The notes: generated by a model not told the origin, from the sequence alone. 60,502 bases of DNA from an uncultured virus (IMG/VR IMGVR_UViG_2061766007_000271) (IMGVR_UViG_2061766007_000271), one strand, 5' to 3'. Positions 29,266 to 37,297 are shown, counted from the first letter of the stretch. Numbers and translations are program-made.

Positions 29266-29338
29266 GCCGAATTGAGGAAAGAGCAAATGCTCTCCCTCTC
29301 GGCACATACATTATATGCCATTTTCAAACGGATTTCAA
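29266..29338 (-). promoter_or_regulatory. class B promoter + leader hairpin
   Basis: consensus match. Confidence 0.85.
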
Positions 29339-29471
29339 CAGAACTGAATGAAATATCTTCATCAGCCACCATACCTAGGCACAAGCTAATATTCAATCAC
29401 CAATGCCTTTGCCTGTGAATGAAAAAAGGGGGCGGTGGTCTTATGAACCACCGCCCCACGATGTTGCGGAA

Positions 29472-29816
29472 CTATCTCATGACGAAATACTCGTCCTCGT
29501 CCAGCGAGAACCAGATGAGATTTCCTGTGAGGCAACACCTCTTCTCGTAATGCTCATTCCAGTATGTAATGTGCCTGTCATAAGTGCCGATATACTCTAT
29601 ATCCGTAGGCTTTACATTAGCCACATACTCCACTTCCACGCCACATTTGTCGCACACGGCGTTGCTTGTTCTGCTCCACACGGTGCTTTGCTTTCCACAC
29701 CTGGGGCACTTGGGTGTCTTCCTCTTGAAGACGATGCGGATTTTCTTTCCGTCTGCACGACTTGCGTGGTGGTTGATGAGATTGATTGCGTCTGTCTGCG
29801 TGATGATTTTTCTCAT
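29472..29816 (-). CDS. zinc-ribbon WYL/SH3-like paralog 3
   Basis: PKCPRCG...CDKCG; close to 30018-30365. Confidence 0.75.
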   Translation of the reverse strand: MRKIITQTDAINLINHHASRADGKKIRIVFKRKTPKCPRCGKQSTVWSRTSNAVCDKCGVEVEYVANVKPTDIEYIGTYDRHITYWNEHYEKRCCLTGNLIWFSLDEDEYFVMR

Positions 29817-29854
29817 TGTGTGGCTCCTGTTTGCTGGGGGTGTGGTGTAAAAAG

Positions 29855-29909
29855 GGCAAACCCATTCTCTGGGCATATATATAATATGCCATTTCCAGAC
29901 GGATTTCAA
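29855..29909 (-). promoter_or_regulatory. class B promoter, degenerate leader
   Basis: TTGAAA-N17-TATTAT, GCCCAGAG. Confidence 0.75.
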
Positions 29910-30017
29910 CGCCTGTCGAAGAAAAAACCCACACGAAAACGCAAGTGCCACGGCATCACATTCAATGCATCATTCCTTTCCTTGAATGAAAAAAGACAAT
30001 GAACGCCATCATCGCTG

Positions 30018-30365
30018 TCACATCACGAAATATTCGTCCTCGTCTATGGAGAACCACATCAGATTTTCAATGAGGCAATGCCTCTTCTGGCAATGTTCGT
30101 CAAGGCATGTAACCCACTTGTCATAATTGCCTATGGAATATATTGTCATTGGCTTTACGTCAGCCACATACTCCACTTCCACGCCACATTTGTCGCATAT
30201 GGCGTTGCTCATTCTGCCCCATGCGATGCTTTGCTTTCCGCAACTGGGGCACTTGGGGTATTGTCTCCTGAACATGATGTGCAGTTTTCTTCCGCTGAAA
30301 TACTGGTCTCTGGCGTATTCGTTGAGAATGCCGACCGCCTCATTCCGCAAGATGATCTTCCTCAT
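30018..30365 (-). CDS. zinc-ribbon WYL/SH3-like paralog 4
   Basis: PKCPSCG...CDKCG. Confidence 0.75.
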   Translation of the reverse strand: MRKIILRNEAVGILNEYARDQYFSGRKLHIMFRRQYPKCPSCGKQSIAWGRMSNAICDKCGVEVEYVADVKPMTIYSIGNYDKWVTCLDEHCQKRHCLIENLMWFSIDEDEYFVM

Positions 30366-30413
30366 GTGCTTTCATGCTCCCTGTCTGATTTGAAAATGTT
30401 TTTGTCTGTACGC

Positions 30414-30442
30414 ATTATATGCCAACTGGACACGGATTTCAA
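30414..30442 (-). promoter_or_regulatory. class B promoter without leader hairpin
   Basis: TTGAAA-N17-TATAAT. Confidence 0.8.
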
Positions 30443-30547
30443 CAGGACTGGATAAAAAAAGCATCCATGTGATTGAATACAACTGCACATGCCAGTGGAA
30501 CAAAAAAACAGGCGTGGCAAATGCCACGCCCACAGTCCAATGCCGAC

Positions 30548-31033
30548 CTATTTCCCAGTGTTGATGATTTCCACTATCCTCTTGAGGTCTGCCTCGCTGA
30601 TTTCCCTGTATACCCAGCCACTTCCATAGACATATCCGTTGTCGTCGTACACGCCTGCCTTCTTCAACGCCTCGCAAGCCATCTGGTAGTCGTATTCGCC
30701 GTTGCCGAATGCACGTTCCAGTTCCTGCTCCTGCCGTTCAGTCCCGCTGTGCATTCCGTTGAGGTGGTTCCTCTTCCACAAGCCGACTATCTCGTTGTAG
30801 AGCCTGTTGTACTTCAGCGAGCAATGCTCCTGTATGTAGTCAAGGCACTGACCACACAGGATGCAGTCGGTGTGCCTCGCATTCCAGACAACTCCGTGTG
30901 CGGAGAATTCCAGCCTGCCATCGTCCTTTGTACACAGTTGAAGGACAACATCGACCTCGTTGAGTTTGCGTCCACTGTTGGACAACGCTTTCTTTCCAAA
31001 GGAAATTATCCGTTTCAGTTCAACATTCTGCAT
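30548..31033 (-). CDS. conserved phage protein (GQCLD...W...HLN.M..G...GY.YGS.W)
   Basis: motif; GGAGA SD, start MQNVEL. Confidence 0.8.
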   Translation of the reverse strand: MQNVELKRIISFGKKALSNSGRKLNEVDVVLQLCTKDDGRLEFSAHGVVWNARHTDCILCGQCLDYIQEHCSLKYNRLYNEIVGLWKRNHLNGMHSGTERQEQELERAFGNGEYDYQMACEALKKAGVYDDNGYVYGSGWVYREISEADLKRIVEIINTGK

Positions 31034-31066
31034 TGTGCGAATTCTCCACGTTAAGGGTTGCACTCT

Positions 31067-31140
31067 GCCGAATTGAGGAACAGGGCAGATGCCTTGCCTC
31101 TCGGCACTTACATTATATGCCAATTCAACAAGGATTTCAA
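31067..31140 (-). promoter_or_regulatory. class B promoter + leader hairpin
   Basis: consensus match. Confidence 0.85.
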
Positions 31141-31622
31141 CACGAATGCGAAAAAAATCCAAACCAGTCCAGTCAACGGTGATTGAATAACTGACCCATT
31201 CTCTCAAGGGTGATGGTCTTTCCAATCTGCGATTCACGCCCATTCGGCTTTCGCCATATGAGGCACAGTCCCATGCAACCGAACAGAGGCGTCCTGCTTC
31301 TGCGTATCCTGCCGACAATCACTGATTCCACATCGTCTGAAGTCAGAATGCTCTCTGTCTGGAATTCAAGTGCGTCAAGCCAGCAGTTCCGTTCCAGTTT
31401 CCTTATCACATACGAATTCATCTGAACAACGCTCCAAAACAGAAAAGAAAGGCACGCACATTCATAAGGCACAAGGCAAATGTATTTTTCATTTCATATG
31501 CTCCAATTCACATCAAACCATCGTTTCTTCGTATTATACCACATGCATATTCAATCCCAAGGCAACCAATGCAGGCATGAAAAAAAGAGTGTCCGATTGG
31601 ACACGCCCTTTGCTTCACCTGC

Positions 31623-31844
31623 CTATTTGCTTTTCCATTTCAGCATGCCCTGCACGTTAAGTGCGATGTACACGATGAACATGGCGATTTGCGACCAGTT
31701 GGGTGTTCCAAGCAGATTCACCGCTATCCACAGCAGGTTGGAGATTATCCACACCATGAAGCCCATACGCTTCTGGTAGTTTATGAGGACGTTTCCACCG
31801 AGTGAAAATGCAAGTGCGACTAGCGAAACGATGTTGAGTGCCAT
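31623..31844 (-). CDS. small multi-TM membrane protein (half-PnuC-like)
   Basis: GF.VWIISN.LW...Y..LNV.G..KW. Confidence 0.7.
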   Translation of the reverse strand: MALNIVSLVALAFSLGGNVLINYQKRMGFMVWIISNLLWIAVNLLGTPNWSQIAMFIVYIALNVQGMLKWKSK

Positions 31845-31896
31845 AAGTGTTGTCTTTTCTCCTTGTTTTGGGGTTCCTCTCTCTTGAAACGCCAAT

Positions 31897-31924
31897 AATA
31901 TAGCACAAGTGCGGGATTATGCAA
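31897..31924 (-). promoter_or_regulatory. class C promoter TTGCAT-N12-GTGC-TATATT-AT-TGGCGTTT
   Basis: shared with both sigma-pair promoters. Confidence 0.7.
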
Positions 31925-32179
31925 ATAGGTTTTTCACATTTTCTTGAAAAAAGTGCGTTTTCCCTGCAAGGGAATGCCACATGTATTCAATCAGCACGGA
32001 CATGGAGAACGAAAGAGGGCTGGACACCTATATCCAGCCCTCTGTGGCAGACGGAGACACAAATGCCTNNNNNNNNNNNNNNNNNNNNNNNNCGAATGTA
32101 TTCAATATGACCATCCCCTGTGTGGAAACAAAAAAACGAGGGACTGGCGAAAACCAGTCCCTCTATTTGGTGGCAAGCG

Positions 32180-32407
32180 TTACTTGCCAAAACTCTTCTC
32201 TTGGCACTTGAGGCAAAGCCCGCTTATGAGCGTTTCACGCTTTTCAGTGGACAGGTTGGGGAATGCGTCCTGCATCAACGCTCCATTCCGCCTTTTCTCA
32301 ATGCCCTCGTTGGGGACTTCCACAACGGTCTGCTCTCCGCAGAAGGGGCAGACGATTGTGAGGACGGTTGTGGTGGCGTTTTCGGTTACGTTTGCGATGT
32401 TAAGCAT
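32180..32407 (-). CDS. zinc-binding phage protein (CPFCG...QDAFP.LS...RE.LISG.C..CQ)
   Basis: motif; start MLNIAN. Confidence 0.8.
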   Translation of the reverse strand: MLNIANVTENATTTVLTIVCPFCGEQTVVEVPNEGIEKRRNGALMQDAFPNLSTEKRETLISGLCLKCQEKSFGK

Positions 32408-32442
32408 TTTTGTTCCTTTTGTTGGGGGGTGTGGGGGTTTAT

Positions 32443-32515
32443 GCCGAATTGAGGAAAGGGCAAATGCCCTGCCTCTCGGCACATACATAATATGCCAATT
32501 CAAGACGGATTTCAA
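32443..32515 (-). promoter_or_regulatory. class B promoter + leader hairpin
   Basis: consensus match. Confidence 0.85.
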
Positions 32516-32572
32516 AGCACACGATGAAAAAAGACCAAAAACAATGAAATTTTTTCCGCAACAGGAAAAGAC

Positions 32573-33067
32573 GAATGGGGTGTGGGGAGCAAGCGACCAG
32601 AAAAGCGACCAGAACGCATTTGATTGCAAGGGGGTATGGGTGATAAGGGGACAAGCCATTGTTGCGAATACAGAGGCTCTGGAAAGGGAATATGCAAAAG
32701 CCAGACATGCAAGGGGGTGTCTGGGGAATAAGTCAGCCAGAATGCAATCGCCAATCTGTGGGCAGGCGAATGCAACCAGAAAGCCGAATGGGGGTCTGGG
32801 GAGCAAGGTGGCAAGAAACGGGCATGTATTCAATACCAGAACTGCTACTGAAAAAACACAAATGGGCGTATGGGTGGAAAGCGGTCATTCAAGACAAGGG
32901 TTGCGAGTGCATTGATGGTCGCCTGTTGATGCGACTGGGGGTGTGGGGTGAAAGACAGGTTTCGCATTTCCAATGCATTCGTGCAGTCGAGATGCAAGGG
33001 GGCATATGGGTGGAATGAATGAGAGCCGTTGCAAGGCAAGCAAAAAAACGCAACACTGGGTATGGGT
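32573..33067 (+). repeat. non-coding array of ~8 GGGGTRTGGG-like motifs at 53-83 bp spacing
   Basis: copies near 32577, 32630, 32713, 32790, 32864, 32937, 32998, 33058. Confidence 0.65.
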
Positions 33068-33200
33068 GCAAAAACGCATTCATGCAATGGATTGAATATG
33101 CATGAATGGACAAGAGCGGGGTGTCCCCACAGGTGGAAACAAGACAGGTGGTATATGACGTGGACTGTGGTGCAGACGCAATAGGCGGTCCAAAGTCAGC

Positions 33201-33273
33201 TCCGTAACAACTTGAGAAATCAAGCAAAGAATCTTATCAGAATTGTAGATTTTGGTAGATTTTAAGTTACGGA
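33201..33273 (+). ncRNA. orphan minimised TnpB omega-RNA-like scaffold / IS right-end remnant
   Basis: aligns to 19474-19568 with compensatory closing stem. Confidence 0.55.
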
Positions 33274-33347
33274 CATTCGCAGACACAGAAAAATCCCCTG
33301 TCGCTCCACAATGCGACAGGGGATTCCACACGCCTGTTTCCAATCCG

Positions 33348-33704
33348 CTATGGATTGGTCTTGGAAACGAGGCTCTGCACCAGTTCACATCCCTCTTTCG
33401 TCAAGGAATGCACTGGTATTTCATAAAACTGGTTGTCTTCATGACCCATTCCATAAAGCACCACCTTCTTCTCAATTATGCCAGCGTCAATGAGGAATTC
33501 CTCTATCCAGCAGTCGCCGAACCTGTTGTTCACGGCAATCATCGTGTCTGGCAGAATGCCGAAGTCGCAGGTGAGCGTAGCCATGATAACGCCTGTCTTC
33601 ACATCAACTGCCCACAGCAGAAGCGTGTTGTGCCTGATGTGCCTGTCCACAAGCAGTTCCACCTTCGCTCCGTTCAACGCACCCACTATGAATTCGTTTT
33701 TCAT
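33348..33704 (-). CDS. hypothetical protein (DUF4313-like, tentative)
   Basis: ATLT.....L......V.N......EFL...GI; start MKNEFI. Confidence 0.7.
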   Translation of the reverse strand: MKNEFIVGALNGAKVELLVDRHIRHNTLLLWAVDVKTGVIMATLTCDFGILPDTMIAVNNRFGDCWIEEFLIDAGIIEKKVVLYGMGHEDNQFYEIPVHSLTKEGCELVQSLVSKTNP

Positions 33705-33729
33705 GTTTCTCTCTGCCTCCGTCAATGAC

Positions 33730-33758
33730 ATTATATGCCAAAACAATAGTGATTTCAA
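33730..33758 (-). promoter_or_regulatory. class B promoter without leader hairpin
   Basis: TTGAAA-N17-TATAAT. Confidence 0.8.
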
Positions 33759-34257
33759 CAAAGGCACTTGATATTTTCCACGCCATTGGTGAAAAAGGCA
33801 ACCGCTTGGACTCCAAAGCCACGCATGCATTGAATGCATTCGCATTCCTTGATCAAATATTGAGACACGCCTTTGAGGGGCAACACGCCTGTCTGCAAAA
33901 GCCATTTGCTTCAATACGAAAGCCACGCACGAAATCTCGTCCACGATTTCCAGACTGGCGAGATAAAGCCATGTTCGTGATGATGTGCCTTGCTTCACAG
34001 CCGAAATGCAGACCTCTGCTTCCTTAATGGCGAGTACAGTCTCTGTCTTTCATAAGACGAGGAATGTGCGTCGCCAGTCCCATATGCATTGCGTATTCAA
34101 TGCCGATGCCATGGATGGAAAAACAAAAAATGAGGACTGGCAGAAACAGAGCCTTCAGCCGAAGCAAGCCACCACAACCTGCGTATGATACGGCTTTNNN
34201 NNNNNNNNNNNNNNNNNNNNNNNNNNNNCCAATTCATTCCACGCACAAAACCTGACT

Positions 34258-34431
34258 TCAACCGAAAATCATCTTGAACAGCATAGCCACCAGTCCACGC
34301 TTTCCGTCCACGCTTTCCACTGGCTTGGCTGTCGGCTTCTCGGCAACAGCCACCACGCTGTCCTTGCTTTCCTGACACGCCACATTCCTTGTTGCGTCAC
34401 GGAACGATTTATTGACATTGCCGATATACAT
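34258..34431 (-). CDS. small hypothetical protein
   Basis: AAGGAGG SD, start MYIGNV. Confidence 0.6.
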   Translation of the reverse strand: MYIGNVNKSFRDATRNVACQESKDSVVAVAEKPTAKPVESVDGKRGLVAMLFKMIFG

Positions 34432-34432
34432 A

Positions 34433-34735
34433 TTATTCAGCCTCCTTCTCCGCCGTTGCGAAGATTTCCTCTCGCCTGTCCTCTTCGTCAAGGCAGTCCA
34501 TTGCGTTGCGGAACATTTCGCCAAAGCCGATGTTCTCCTCCATATATTCTATGACCTCCTCCATCATCAGCGAAAGCAGTCTCTCCTGTTGCCTCTCATT
34601 CAGCTTTGCGAACCTGTCCCTGAAGTCCTCGTCTGCGTATGCCTCCACATCATCAGCCTCAATGGAAACGAGGCTGTATCCTGCCACAACGTCTTCCTGC
34701 CTTTCAAGTTCCTGCTTCACTTCCTCTCTTGTCAT
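34433..34735 (-). CDS. acidic hypothetical protein
   Basis: AGGAGA SD. Confidence 0.8.
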   Translation of the reverse strand: MTREEVKQELERQEDVVAGYSLVSIEADDVEAYADEDFRDRFAKLNERQQERLLSLMMEEVIEYMEENIGFGEMFRNAMDCLDEEDRREEIFATAEKEAE

Positions 34736-34773
34736 TGTCAAAGTCTCCTATTTTTGGGTTAAGGGTTTCAGTT

Positions 34774-34813
34774 TCGGCACTTGCATTATATGCCAGTCGG
34801 GACTGGATTTCAA
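34774..34813 (-). promoter_or_regulatory. class B promoter, truncated leader
   Basis: consensus then GCCGAAAC. Confidence 0.8.
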
Positions 34814-34872
34814 CGGCTGTGCCGATTTTTTTCCACGCCCGACTGGATTTTTCCAGTCGGGCAGGATTTGTG

Positions 34873-35520
34873 TTAGCGTTCCATATACGCCATCACCTTT
34901 GCTACTGCGATACGCTTGATTTTGCGTATATGTTCGTGGGAACAGCCGATGATGTCAGCCAGTTCCTCAAGTGTCCCGCCATTAGCCACGCCTTCTATGA
35001 CTGTCCTCTCTACATTGTCAAGGGTGGCAAGTGCATTGACCACTTCACGCCTGTCCTCTCTTGCAAGCACGATTTCCTGCGTGGTAGGCTCCGTTGCGTC
35101 ATATACGCTGTCGGCAAGGTCATTGCCGTTTTCGTCGGTTTCGTCAATGCTTATGCCTCTTGTTATGCCACGTTCCTCTTCAGTCATACGGCTGTACCTC
35201 TTTGTATGGACTGGATAGTATTTCGGCATAGTGTCCATGAGGTGATACCTTATTCTCGTATAGGCGTGGTTTGAGAAAAGCCCTCTTTCGGGGTCGAAAG
35301 TCCTGATTGCGTCCATAAGGGCGATTATGCCTTCTGACTGGACATCTTCCATTGGGAATATGCCGAAGTCTATGTCCAGCGACATTGCGACTTTGTAGAT
35401 AAGTCCCATATTGCCAGTTACCAGTTTGTCAAAGACCGCCTGACTGCCAGTTTGACGGTACTCCATTACCAGTTCGGCATTCTGTGCATTTGTGTTGTTG
35501 GCGTTTGTGTTTGTTGTCAT
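34873..35520 (-). CDS. sigma70-family sigma factor (regions 2 and 4)
   Basis: NMGLIYKVA...EDVQSEGIIALMDAIRTFDPERG.FSNHA; TLEELADIIGCSHEHIRKI. Confidence 0.9.
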   Translation of the reverse strand: MTTNTNANNTNAQNAELVMEYRQTGSQAVFDKLVTGNMGLIYKVAMSLDIDFGIFPMEDVQSEGIIALMDAIRTFDPERGLFSNHAYTRIRYHLMDTMPKYYPVHTKRYSRMTEEERGITRGISIDETDENGNDLADSVYDATEPTTQEIVLAREDRREVVNALATLDNVERTVIEGVANGGTLEELADIIGCSHEHIRKIKRIAVAKVMAYMER

Positions 35521-35605
35521 TTGCTTTTCCTTATGGTTAAGGGTTGCACCTGTCGGGAGTTTTGGCAGGTCAGCCATTCGGCGTTCCTCTCCCGAAAACG
35601 CCTAT

Positions 35606-35633
35606 AATATAGCACGAATACAAGAATATGCAA
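35606..35633 (-). promoter_or_regulatory. class C promoter
   Basis: TTGCAT-N16-TATATT-ATAGGCGTTTTC. Confidence 0.75.
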
Positions 35634-35773
35634 ATAGGCAAACCGCATTTTTTTGAAAAATATGCGTTTTTTATGAAAAAAGCATAAAAACGCCAGAAAC
35701 AAGCATACAAGCAAGCATATCCAAAAGCATATATGATGTATAGGGACGTTTCTAAATGCCCTGTATTCGCCTT

Positions 35774-35828
35774 TATAGAGCCTGTATAGAGCCTGTATAA
35801 AGCCTGTATAGAGCCTGTATAAAGCCTG
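35774..35828. repeat. tandem 11-bp repeat TATARAGCCTG x5
   Basis: direct reading. Confidence 0.9.
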
Positions 35829-36100
35829 TTATCCAATGCCCTATCTTCCAGGAACACCTATATGCATTCAATTTCCCGAATCCAAGACACGCCCGTTGAA
35901 TGTGCATGGCATATTCAATCCAGGGCAATTGCATAAAATGCGATTGCATTGAAATTGCACATTCAATGCATTCATGCTATTCAATATGAATGCACATTCA
36001 ATCATTTTTCGCCTGTCAAACGCATTCAATCATGTGCCAGACCGTCTATCCAGAACAAAGCAAAAAAATGCGTTTTTTCAAAAAAATGCGAACAACCAAT

Positions 36101-36128
36101 TTGCACAATCAAAAAATCGTGCTACATT
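36101..36128 (+). promoter_or_regulatory. class C promoter
   Basis: TTGCAC-N16-TACATT-ATAGGCGTTTTC. Confidence 0.75.
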
Positions 36129-36216
36129 ATAGGCGTTTTCAGAAAAGAACTGACCAATTGCAGTTCGCCACCAATTTCTGAAAAAACCTTAACGCTTAAC
36201 CATAAGGAAAAAGCAA

Positions 36217-36855
36217 ATGAAGTACACCGAAACACTCTCAAACGAAAAGAATGTGGAACTGGTAGCACTGGCACAAAACGGAAACAAAACGGCTATGGAT
36301 ACTCTAATCAGTGCTAATATGGCACTTGTGGAATACGTTGCCAAAAAGTACGAATACGCCATACCACTTGAAGATGCCATAAGTGAAGGCGTAATCGCCC
36401 TTGTAGATGCCATCAGCACTTTTGACAGTGAAAGAAATGTGAAGTTTTCATATTATGCCTGCACTAAAATAGCCAATCAAATAAAGAATGCCATACCAAA
36501 ATACACGCCTGTCAAGACGAAAAGATACTGCCGTATGACTGAAGATGAAAGAACTGCACTGTATGCCGTTTCACTTAACGAGGAAGATGAAAACGGAAAT
36601 GAACTTGAGGACAGTGTATATAATGAAAACGAAAGTTCTTTAAGTGAAATCATTTTCCATAAGGAAGATATAAAGACAATCTATCTTGCTATGGAAAAAG
36701 TGCTAGACGAAACTGAAAGGCAGGTGTTTCAGGGACTTGTAATAGACGACAAGACGTTGCAGGAAATGGGCAGGATAATAGGTTGCTCCCACGAGCATAT
36801 AAGGAAAATAAATGAAAGAGCCGTTGCAAAGATAAGGCAGTATATGTCTTGCTAA
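36217..36855 (+). CDS. sigma70-family sigma factor, paralog of 34873-35520
   Basis: NMALVEYVAKKY...EDAISEGVIALVDAISTFD; IIGCSHEHIRKI. Confidence 0.9.
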   Translation: MKYTETLSNEKNVELVALAQNGNKTAMDTLISANMALVEYVAKKYEYAIPLEDAISEGVIALVDAISTFDSERNVKFSYYACTKIANQIKNAIPKYTPVKTKRYCRMTEDERTALYAVSLNEEDENGNELEDSVYNENESSLSEIIFHKEDIKTIYLAMEKVLDETERQVFQGLVIDDKTLQEMGRIIGCSHEHIRKINERAVAKIRQYMSC

Positions 36856-36868
36856 TGGAATAGGCAAT

Positions 36869-36900
36869 AGGGGCTACCTTTCAAGGTAGCCCCTTTTTTT
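36869..36900 (+). terminator. intrinsic terminator
   Basis: AGGGGCTACC/GGTAGCCCCT + T-run. Confidence 0.85.
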
Positions 36901-37074
36901 GTGCCTATATGAAACGAAACAATACGGGCAGTACATAGATGCCTGCCACAATGGAAATGCCTTTGAATCGCATTTATGCACGTCCTATGGCAAACACCTA
37001 AAAACCACTGACCAGCTATCAGCCAACGCACACGCCTGTTTCCACCCACCATATTCAATATCAAATGCACTTCG

Positions 37075-37297
37075 GTAAATACACCTCGTCGCTCGACCAC
37101 TGGTATTTACATCACTATCCGTGTATTTACATCACTTCCCGTGTATTTACACCCTTGCAGACAACACAGGGTATTTACCCTCATTTACACCCCATTGAAT
37201 ATTGTGAAAAACACATGGGGGTATTTACACCCCTTTTACACCCCTGTCAAACGCCACCGAAACCATATGGGGTATTTACACCCGTTTTTCACCCCCT
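37075..37297. repeat. iteron-like GTATTTACA(Y)C repeats (~9, three at 20-bp period, one inverted)
   Basis: direct reading. Confidence 0.75.

Noticed and set aside
33760..34200. 440-bp non-coding stretch
   Set aside because: No convincing ORF, repeat or structure beyond ATTCAAT boxes.
6782..34813. CRISPR array or integron interpretation of the dispersed repeat
   Set aside because: Spacers are whole genes, the repeat contains a promoter, and no cas genes, IntI or attC GTTRRRY/RYYYAAC boxes were seen.
15..35500. Many plus-strand and promoter-overlapping ORFs in the track (e.g. 20563-21369, 23991-24848, 31944-32915, MPRG... starts)
   Set aside because: Antisense shadows, or N-terminal extensions through the repeat; no SD and implausible composition.
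16958..36855. RNA-guided sigma (dCas12f-sigmaE) or TldR-type system
   Set aside because: This TnpB keeps its RuvC D-E-D triad, retains IS-like ends and is not adjacent to a sigma gene; co-occurrence alone is insufficient.
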